This document shows positions 42,603-55,149 of a DNA stretch of 64,000 nt, piece by piece. The position numbers and the translations under genes are program-made. Below the pieces are notes generated by a model that ran no database searches, had not been told where the DNA came from, and worked only from the letters and a program-made list of their open reading frames with translations. This DNA comes from Octopus sinensis (lineage: Eukaryota), in the NCBI RefSeq assembly GCF_006345805.1, contig NC_043008.1, positions 71,858,001 through 71,922,000 of the forward strand, in the 5' to 3' direction. The stretch's first letter is position 1, and each line of letters starts with the position of its first letter.

Positions 42603-43948
42603 ATGCAAGCCCAAACTTATGCGGGAGCAGCAGGCAAGGGCCTGGCTGCGAGCGAACTGCAGTTGGAAGAAGAGGACGTCGAGAAGGAGATTTTGAAGAA
42701 ATACTTCAACAGCTTCAAGAAGGAAGGTGATTGCCTGAGGGTCACATCACCTGAAGACGAAGCGAAAGAAGCAGAGAAGCGTATTATAACATACAGAACG
42801 TGGAGCGTGGCTTCGAAGAGAAAAGAAGCGGCAGGGGTGGAGGAAATTTAGAGGTGTCTACAAGAAATTGAAGGAGAAACTACCTTCTACAATAGAGGTA
42901 GAAAATACGCAACAGTAGTTGTTCATTTTAAAAACGAAAATGAAGCGAAGAGGAACGCCACGAAAATATTGAAAACTGAAAAGTGGGTGTTACTACATAG
43001 CTATTGTGGAAAAGGGCAGGAAGAATACGAATCAGTAAAATTTCACCGGAACTGAACATGGAAAGAATTTTAGCAGCAATAGTATTCAACTGCAAAGAGA
43101 GTGTCGACATACTGAAGGTGGAAAAGTTGAAAGAAGTAAAGTGGTGGGGTTATGCGGTGCAGGCTTTGGTTCACATAACCATGCCAGACCTGTATAACAT
43201 CCCAGAGGAGTTGGTGTTCCCCGACGAGACACGTCGCAGAGTCGTGGTGGAGGGGAGACCCCCAGTGTGTTACAAATGCAAAATTAGAGGCCACATGAAG
43301 GATATGTGTCCGCTAAGAGAAGTACAAGAGAAAACGATAACACTGGATGCTTTGACAGAGAAGTTACAAAAGGCGTATGTGGAAGAAGAAATCGTGACTA
43401 CAGATATTGTAGAAAGTGGTGACGAGAAGGAGAAAGAAAGGGAAAGAACAGAAGAAAAATAGGATAGAAAGAGAACGCGGGTGGAATCACCACCCAAAGC
43501 ACAAAATAAGAAAAAAGCTAAAAAGAAGTCTACCGACGAGATAGAAGATCGTACGCACGAAGAGAAAGATACAGAAACGAAACTGAGTGAAGATTCGGAT
43601 TGGCAGGTAACGGAAGAATGGATAAGAAGAGTGGATGAACAGCTGAGAAAATGTAAGGAAGGAGGAAGACCAAAAGGAAGAAATCTTAAAGCTATAATAT
43701 TGTACAAGAAGGACAAGGAAATTGAGAAGGAGTTGGTAAATACGAAAAGTCTAATTAGAGTGAAGTTGAACCCGAAGTTATTTGACGACCAAGTGAAGGC
43801 GGCGATTGTAGAAAGAGAGACAGTAATGAAACTGGAAAAGGTGTATATATCTGTAGGCGTAATGCAATACATTCGGTATGACAGTTTGCCAGGTATTATA
43901 GAGCAGGAGAAGTTAATCGAGTACATGACGGATGAACGCCCTGAATAA
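42603..43948 (+). pseudogene. decayed ~450-aa nucleic-acid-binding ORF (RRM-like segments + CCHC zinc knuckle + charged linker + unknown C-terminal domain)
   Basis: ORFs 42585..42851, 43004..43462 and 43481..43948 join through stops at 42849 and 43460 and one frameshift near 43012. CYKCKIRGHMKDMC (43268-43309) is C-x2-C-x4-H-x4-C. Confidence 0.85.
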
Positions 43949-44130
43949 CATAATTGTAATTGTAAATGAAACTGCGAGCTTTGGGGGGCTCGTAAGCCAT
44001 TCCATTTAATTCATTACAAATAATTCATTGTCATACCATACATTTTGATTTTTTTTATTATATGTACCTCATGTCTTGTATTGTAATGTCCCCTCTTAAT
44101 TCGGGCCATTGTGCCTATAATAAAGATTAA

Positions 44131-44243
44131 GCGACGCCTGCTGGGTTCAGCTACTCTACATTGACAAGTGGCAAATACCTTGAAACTAGTCTGTAGATGC
44201 CAGACAATTAAGGGGAAGCGGCTGACCTACCCTGTTCGGAGGG
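44131..44243 (+). repeat. direct repeat 2 (LTR-like)
   Basis: Copy of 42431-42542. Confidence 0.95.
44155..44197 (+). ncRNA. minimal type I hammerhead ribozyme, U3-A8 variant
   Basis: TCTACA-TTGACAA-GTGG-CAAATA-CCTT-GAAAC-TA-GTC-TGTAGA. It has a 6-bp stem I, a palindromic ACTAGT stem III and a GUC cleavage triplet at 44189-44191. Confidence 0.8.
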
Positions 44244-44329
44244 TTAGCTAGCTAGAGGCTATGACCTCTTGGAGCTAATCAATGTCAGCATTCGTCCTAT
44301 TTTTCTGGACTACCATGTTAGCTTGGCGA

Positions 44330-44356
44330 ATAATAATGATAATAATAATAATAATG

Positions 44357-44396
<40 letters not shown>

Positions 44397-44540
44397 TAAT
44401 AATAATAATAATAAAGAAGAAGAAGAAGAAGGAAGGGGAGGAGGAGAAGGAGTAAAAGAAGAAGAAGAAGAAGAAGAAGAAGAAGAAGAAGAAGAAGAAG
44501 AAGAAGAAGAAGAAGAAGAAGAAGAAGAAGAAGAAGAAGA
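44330..44540. repeat. (AAT)n/(GAA)n compound microsatellite
   Basis: Direct reading. Confidence 0.95.
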
Positions 44541-44544
44541 ACCA

Positions 44545-46514
<1,970 letters not shown>

Positions 46515-46515
<1 letters not shown>

Positions 46516-46533
46516 ATAATAATAATAATAATG

Positions 46534-46576
<43 letters not shown>

Positions 46577-47048
46577 TGATAATGATAATAATAATAATAA
46601 GAAGAAGAAGAAGAAGAAGAAGAAAGAAGAAGGAGGTGAGGAGGTGGGGAGGAGGGGGAGGAGGGGGAGGAGGGGGAGGAGGGGGAGAATAAGTAGAAGA
46701 AGAAGAAAAGGAATAAGAAGAAGGAAGAGGAGGGGGAGAAGGAGTAGAAGAAGAAGACGAAGAAGAAAAAGAAGAAGAAGAAGAAGAAGAAGAAGAAGAA
46801 GAGATACCCAAATGCCAGAAACTACATTTCTAAGGACCTCTGCAATAGTTTATTTTAGATTACTGTGACTCACTGGCATCGATGTATCGCATTTTCTTTG
46901 GAGACTCGGCGTAATGCATCTCCATCAACAATGTACTGGTGTTCGGAGAGTGAATATCTATGAGACAGAAAAAAAGGGCACATACCCAAGGAACACAGAG
47001 CTGCGCTCGATAGTGCATTGAAAGCGCGTTATAACAATAAAACTAATA

Positions 47049-47100
<52 letters not shown>

Positions 47101-47114
47101 TAATAATGATAATA

Positions 47115-47180
<66 letters not shown>
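46515..47180. repeat. (AAT)n/(GAA)n/(GGA)n compound microsatellites
   Basis: Direct reading. They are interrupted by a ~230-bp unique segment at 46800-47040. Confidence 0.9.
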
Positions 47181-47182
<2 letters not shown>

Positions 47183-47184
47183 GC

Positions 47185-47330
47185 AACATCGAAAAATGCC
47201 TTATCAATGAGAACCCAGGTTCGAAATTTCCCCAAATCACCTGGTGAAGGCTGGTAGGTATATCAGCTAAAATGTTGTGTTAACAACAAACAAGATAAGG
47301 ACAAATATCCGTCAAATGTAAATAATGTTC
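47185..47330 (+). mobile_element. PLE terminal fragment with degenerate hammerhead
   Basis: CAC-CTGGTGA-A-GGCTG-GTAGGTATAT-CAGCT-AAAAT-GTT-GTG at 47238-47279 follows the hammerhead layout, with core mutations. Confidence 0.55.
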
Positions 47331-48624
47331 TAAAATAACTTTATACACTATGCATTAGCCTCTAATAATTTTCAGTAGTCTCACGTATCATATATTTTCT
47401 TACAAGGACTTATAAGAGACTCACACAACTCATGTTTCTTTAGAATAAAAATTGTTGAGTTTACAAGTATCATCGAATAGCCAATAATAACCTCACAACT
47501 CATAAATGCCCGTGATATTTTATACCAGCCTCGCAGTTTCCTTTAGCTCCAAATCACATATCGTAACTTGCATATTTCAATATGCTATTGAAATAACAGT
47601 TATGTAAAATTCTCCCGCAACTTACAATATCTTGGCCAGTAACCCGTGATATTCCCCGTCAACAAATCTTACATAAGCATTGAATGGCATAGGAAAATAA
47701 CAAATACTATTATTAACTCATAATATTCCCTCTTCTCTTCTCACGTTTATATTAACCTGGCACAAGGAACATTATCCCACAATGTCATCTTATAGTGCTA
47801 TCCTCCTTTTATTAGCCTATAATGACCAACAAATTCGCAACAGTATCTTATTAGGTAACCCTGCCTAACGAGTGTGCTTACTATTGTATTATTATTAGTA
47901 ATAACAACCAACTATTGCTGTTTTCATACTACATTGGATAAACTCCATTTCTCATTGTAAACTACTCCCGCCTCTCTTGAAATTTGTCAGTTCTATTGAA
48001 GCATAACTCTACTGGCAAAACTAGAATAATTTGAAGAAATACCAATTTTACTTAAATGAATCAAAACAAAATAAAGAAACACAAAATGTAGTTAACAAAT
48101 ATTTATTTGAACACATAATAAAAAGACAAGGAAAAGAGAAAAATATTGGTATCTATTAGTTTTAGAACATTTTCAAAATGGAATCTTTGTTTTAATAAGT
48201 GACTAAGCATAAAACCATGTTTGCCGCATACAATATTAATTTAGTATATTTCTTCTCTTTCTTTTTACGTTTTAGTGATTCAGAAACACAAGAGAGAAGA
48301 AAGTTTTCTTAAAAACCAACACAAAGCAAAAATATAAAAGAACAATAAAAACGTAAAGTAGTTTTATTTTTACGAATGCAATGTGTTGACAGCAAGTAGC
48401 TTTTAAAAGCAGAAAATCATAGAGAAACATTAATCTTTGACTATCAACCATCTCATGCAGTCTTCGATTCAATTTCAAAATCGATAACAAAATATGAACT
48501 TCATATTTCACCAACTTTGTACATAATCAGTTTTTCTTCAGAACATTTTCAATTGTTTAATGCCAAACAGTTCTTAACTTTTCATTTCCTTTCTCTCCTC
48601 TACTCACGCTGCGTGTCCCCCTCA

Positions 48625-49050
<426 letters not shown>

Positions 49051-49298
49051 CAAGCGCTCATCCGGTCTTTTATTTATTTCTCACTCATTTACTCTTCGTT
49101 AACTCTTTTAAATATTTTTCAGAGAAGAATAAAAAATATTTAAAGCAGAAAAAAATAACATATACATACATGAATAATAAAACGAATGATGATGCGGAAA
49201 AGAACATCGTACGCATATGTAAGCATGCATTCATTACACACACACATATATATCGAATATGTGCATATTTATGTATATATACCTATGTATACTTATGT

Positions 49299-49385
<87 letters not shown>

Positions 49386-49898
49386 CATATGTGTGTGTGT
49401 GCATATGGATCTATACATTTTTGCAGATATATCCATCTGTACATATAAACACACATTCACACAGACAAATGTTCATATATATATATATATACACATAAAA
49501 ATGATATAACAATACCAATATTTTAGTATTGCTCTCCAAGACGTTTACTTAGAAATGTATAGAGGATAGATTGTGTATATATGTATATATTTTTGCGTGT
49601 GCGCTTATGAGTGGCTGTATGCATACAATATTGCATATTTGGAAAATATATTGGTAATATACGCGCATATGCACATAGTTATACATATATATATGTGTGT
49701 GTGTGAGTATGTGTATGTATATAGATATTTATGTGTGTATTTATGTATAAATGAAATGATTTCTCTCTATAAGTTTATACATAGATGATAAGATAGATAC
49801 ATGTCTGTGTGGAGTTATGTATGTCAGTTCGTACAAACACACACACACATGCGCACACGAACATACATACATACATACAAATATATACATGTCTATGA

Positions 49899-49930
<32 letters not shown>

Positions 49931-50007
49931 GCATACACACGTGCATACATACATGAATATATATACACATACATATATACATACATACATACATACATAT
50001 ACATACA

Positions 50008-50043
<36 letters not shown>

Positions 50044-50584
50044 TATATATGTATATATATATATTTATATATTTGTATAAGTGCACACATATGTACAGAC
50101 ATACATATATACATTTACAATTGTCTGTAGGAAGTGGAGTATTGGGAGGGCTGATGTCTCTATATGTATGTTTATATCACAAATAAATACCATATCTCCT
50201 TTCTATTACTCGTTTGATTCATATAAACTACTTTACTTCTTAATAATTTCGTCTTGAAACAATAGATACGAGAATTATTGAGATATAGGCTTCCTTTCCT
50301 TTTTATTAATCATTTATTTGAACATTATTATCATTATTATTACATTTATTATTATTTTTATTTTTGTTATCATTATTGTTGTATTATTATATTGTTGTTA
50401 TTATCTTTGTTGTCATTAATATCAATATTATTAGTAATATCATTGTTATTAACGCCATTATTATTATTGTTATTATTATTAACAGCAAGATTAACCTTGT
50501 CTTATGTATGTGTTGATTTATTCTTTGTTTTTGTTAATTCTTGTTTTTGCCGTCTCGGTCTCTTTACAAATTTATATCGTTTAT

Positions 50585-50643
50585 TATTATTATTATTATT
50601 AATATTATGATTATTATTATTATTATTATTATCATCATCATCA

Positions 50644-50719
<76 letters not shown>

Positions 50720-50884
50720 GATTAGTATTATTATTATTATTATTATTATTGATTTTGTTGTTGCTATTGTTGATATTATTGTTGATGATGTTGTTTTATT
50801 GTTATTATTATCATTATTATCATCATTATGATTATTATCATTATTATCATTATTATTATTATCATTATTTATTATTACTATTAC

Positions 50885-50930
<46 letters not shown>
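50585..50930. repeat. (TTA)n/(TCA)n compound microsatellite
   Basis: Direct reading. Confidence 0.95.
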
Positions 50931-51240
50931 TTCCCATTTCAAAAATTCATTTAATTGTTACTGTTTATGCTTTTCTTGGCTTTTTAATTCTTTTTTGAAA
51001 TTACAATTTCCTTTAGTTTTGCACTTTAAAAAATTCTTTCATTGAAATATTAACTAAGTTTCATTTTTGTACGTTTCTTTATTTTTTTTCTGTGTGTTTG
51101 TGGTATTTAGCCACGTCATCTTGTTGTCTGTATTCCTTTTGTTGATTTCGTTGCTTTTATTACGCTTGTTGTTTTATAATTTTGTTGTTGTGGTTGCTCT
51201 TGAATTTTCTATGGTTCGCTCTCATGATTCGGTTGCTGCT

Positions 51241-51273
<33 letters not shown>

Positions 51274-51812
51274 ATTGTTGTTCCTTTTGCTGTTACTGCA
51301 ACTGTTGATTTTCTTGATATTTCTGCTTCGTAGAGATAGGTACTCATTGCATACAACATTGATAATGAAATTATCAACAACAAAATTATAGCATCGAAAA
51401 TAATACACAAACGTTTATGTGACTATAGTCGTACATAAACACCACCAAGCACACATATACACAAACATTAAAACACATTGGTGTGAAGACAAATGCAGAC
51501 AAACGAATGCATACACCTATCTACACGCACACACGAATGTACGCATGTTTTGATAGTTATATACAAAGATATTCGAATACAAATTCACACACGTACACCG
51601 ATACTTGCGCATATTTACAGACACTCATCCATACACAGTGATAGTTACGCATACTCACACATCAATAAATACGTATAGAAACAATTGCTATGTAAACAAA
51701 TATAAATATTATGATACATGGGCGGGGGGTGGTCGGAGCAGACTTTGAATAATCAGTCAAAATTTATTATGTAAAACTTCATAAATGTTACAAATGCACC
51801 CTGTACTACTAT

Positions 51813-51903
<91 letters not shown>

Positions 51904-51907
51904 GACT

Positions 51908-51950
<43 letters not shown>

Positions 51951-52162
51951 CACTACTACTATATTCTATACATATGTATATGTATGTGAGTGTGAGTGTA
52001 CGAATGTATATATACATATATATATATATTTCATATAAAATTAGTGTATAAATGTACACTAGTTTTATATGAATATGATGTCCATTGAATATTTTATGCA
52101 TGCTAGCCACTGGTAGAAAAAATTTTCTAATTTTCCTATTCTCTCTCTCTCTCTCTCTTCCT

Positions 52163-52230
<68 letters not shown>

Positions 52231-52239
<9 letters not shown>

Positions 52240-52658
52240 GTGTAGGAAGAAATGGAGCTGAACGAAGATTTAACAAAATCCTTTTTATTATTTCCTACAT
52301 ATGTTTCAAAGGCTGCAAAATCCCTAATTCGGATTGAATAAGGAGTACATTTAGAAGCCTTCTCTTCAGGAAAATCCAGGAACTTAATTCTCCAACAAAA
52401 TGCACAGCAAGCTTTTCGACAAACGCTCACGAGGAGCCCATGGGATATGGGCTCCTCGTGAGCGTTTGTCGAAAAGCTTGCTGTGCATTTTGTTGGAGAA
52501 TTAAGTTCCTGGATTTTCCTGAAGAGAAGGCTTCTAAATGTACTCCTTATTCAATCCGAATTAGGGATTTTGCAGCCTTTGAAACATATGTAGGAAATAA
52601 TAAAAAGGAATTTTGTTAAATCTTCGTTCAGCTCCATTTCTTCCTACAGTAAATATAT
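52231..52658. repeat. near-perfect ~210-bp-arm inverted repeat with 5-nt spacer
   Basis: 52241-52441 is the reverse complement of 52447-52648 apart from one 1-nt indel. After one mismatch, pairing continues about 9 bp. The spacer is GGGAT. Confidence 0.97.
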
Positions 52659-52802
52659 AAAACTTCAAATTTCCGCACTAAGGCACGGGTTTGAGACCCC
52701 ATGGTCGTAACCTCAACCGTGATTTTTCTGTTGTGATTTTTGCTACCCAGGTATCGGTTATCATTTGAATAATCCGTAATAAGATAATTCATTTATCTAC
52801 TT

Positions 52803-52805
<3 letters not shown>
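52447..52805 (+). mobile_element. hammerhead-bearing PLE pseudo-LTR-like element, copy 3
   Basis: Homologous to 37200-37580 and 37815-38177. It ends in (TA)n and carries an inverted duplicate of its 5' half upstream. Confidence 0.8.
52513..52598 (+). ncRNA. type I hammerhead ribozyme motif (mirror copy on the minus strand at 52290-52375)
   Basis: ATTTTC-CTGAAGA-GAAGGCT...AGCCTTT-GAAAC-ATAT-GTA-GGAAAT. It has a canonical core, a 7-bp stem II with a long loop and a palindromic stem III. Confidence 0.8.
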
Positions 52806-52846
<41 letters not shown>

Positions 52847-52848
<2 letters not shown>

Positions 52849-53246
52849 TCTTTACTCTTTTACTTGTTTCAGTCATTTGACTGCGGCCATGCTGGAGCAC
52901 CGCCTTTAGTCGAGCAAATCGACCCCGGGACTTATTCTTTGTAAGCCCTGTACTTATTCAATCGGGCTCTTTTTGCCGAACCGCTAAGTGACGGGGACAT
53001 AAACACACGCGCATCGGTTGTCAAGAAATGCTAGGGGGACAAACACAGACACACAACCACACACACACACATATATAAATATATACATATATACGACAGG
53101 CTTCTTTCAGTTTCCGTCTACCAAATCCACTCACAAGGCATTAGTCGGCCCGGGGCTATACCAGAAGACACTTGCCCAAGATGCCACGCAGTGGGACTGA
53201 ACCCGGAACCATGTGGTTGTTTAGCAAGCTACTTACCACACAGCCA
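52847..53246 (-). mobile_element. full-length tRNA-derived SINE (octopus-type)
   Basis: The reverse complement starts GTGGCTGTGTGGTAAGTAGCTTGC..GGTTCAGTCCC, has a central microsatellite and ends GAAACAAGTAAAAGAGTAAAGAG. Multiple copies occur in the window. Confidence 0.9.
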
Positions 53247-53256
53247 CCCTTGCGCC

Positions 53257-53325
<69 letters not shown>

Positions 53326-53356
53326 CATACATACATGCATACATACACACACACAC

Positions 53357-53404
<48 letters not shown>

Positions 53405-55149
53405 GTGTGTCTGTATATATATATTATATGCACATATATATCGATGTATATGAATAAAAGAAATTATAATAATAATGATGATTGTAATGATAATAAAGAT
53501 AATCATTCTTATTATTATCATCATCATCATCTCATTATAATTATTTTAATTGTTGTTGCTATTGCCATGGGTGTTTCTGTTGTTACTATTACTATTACTA
53601 TAGATTTTACATATATTATGGCTGTTTATTTTTGTATATTGTGAAAACTACATTACTGTATATTTCTATCTTTCCAGAAAGATTTCGTACAGTGAAATAA
53701 CACATATCATATCTTCCAAAACCATAAATATTCTTGCAACAAGACAACACCTTGTGGCGAGTTTCTGCTATACATGCTATACATAGAATGGTATAATCTC
53801 GAAGGGAATGACCTTATCACCTTTCAATCAGCACTAGTGTCACACTACTGTCTAAATTTATGCAATACCAAGATCAGTTGTCTCGACAAATACCTCAGTA
53901 GCAAAATAGTGAGAAGTAAAGTCAAATCGGATAGAATAAAAGCATTCTGACCTTCCTCTTACTGCATGCCTTTACCAAACATAACGGATACATATTACAA
54001 TATTTCTATTCTATTATTCTTTTTAAATTATTGACTATCTGAATACTTCTCCTATAACACTATAGATATATATTGCTAAGGAATTCAGAATTTAACTGAA
54101 GTTCCTCTTAACTATGTCAGCGACATACAACTGATGGCATGAAATGTGGAATATCCAGGAAAACTTACCAAATTCGTTTAGAATTTAAGCTAAATATTAT
54201 TTGGAGCGTACTTGTGGGATTGCATTTACTTTGCGTTGTTTAAAATTCGGTGAATACTTCTTGAATTCTATCATGATTTGCAAGATTATAGTCCCCAATT
54301 AAATTATAAATTAATTGAATTATATTATTTCTCTGTTCCTATTCTCATGGGTGAGGGTTGCATTGTAATAATGAACGATTGATATATCTCCTTAGTTCTT
54401 GCTTCTGCTAACCACATACTGTTATTCGTGACTTAATGATTTGAATATATATGTACATATATACATGCGTATGTATGCACTTATATATATGTATGTATAT
54501 ATATATATCTTAAATATATACATATAAGTATATTCATCTCTTTCTCTCTCTCTCTCTCTCTCTCTGTATATATATATGTGTGTGTGTGTGTCTGTTACTT
54601 TTCTTATTGTATTGCATCCATACAAAATTATAAAAATATAAATTATACAATGTAGCAGAAATAAGTTATATACACATCAGATGCGATATAAAATAAGGAT
54701 AACTAATATGCTCATATGAATTTGAGAAATATTGAAATACTCGACATTTTGGAAAATACTCATAAAATTTTATGATATATGATGTAAGTTTTTTAAATTG
54801 TAAATTTAAATAGAACTATAGTTTATATCTGTCATATTTTGTTTTCAGTTCATATTAATCAAGCAGATAATATTCGCACACAGACGGAGAAATCTTCGGC
54901 GAATATGAATCCACACCCACATGTTCACAATGAGTTAGATAAACAGAAATATATATACTATATATTTGAATTTTTTTTCTCGCTGATGACGTGATATTAG
55001 ATGCAGGACCTTTTTACACTTGCCTTGTTTTTCCCTTTATCGCTACTTTCACTATTCACGCATTCCTAACTGACACTAGCAAGGTTTCCTTACTTTGGGA
55101 TAGGTATCACAGTAAGCTTCCGAGTTCGATACGTACGCAATCTTACAAA

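Larger units (their letters stand above)
42333..44329 (+). mobile_element. hammerhead-flanked, RT-less element encoding an RRM-like/CCHC (Gag/ORF1p-like) protein
   Basis: 39-bp inverted termini (42333-42371 and 44291-44329, 37/39 match); ~112-bp direct repeats at 42431 and 44131; one decayed ORF between them; AATAAA at 44119-44124; (AAT)n follows the 3' end. Confidence 0.8.

Noticed and set aside
43270-43926. 218-aa minus-strand ORF inside the hammerhead-flanked element
   Set aside because: It is Ser/Phe-rich, as expected for the antisense of a purine-rich Lys/Glu-coding strand, and shows no motif.
42431-44243. Classical LTR retrotransposon or TRIM interpretation of the direct repeats
   Set aside because: The repeats lack TG..CA ends, and I see no primer-binding site or target-site duplication. 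They carry hammerheads instead.
52231-52658. CRISPR array or pre-miRNA interpretation of the palindrome
   Set aside because: There is no repeat-spacer periodicity, and the arms are an inverted duplication of a dispersed mobile element.
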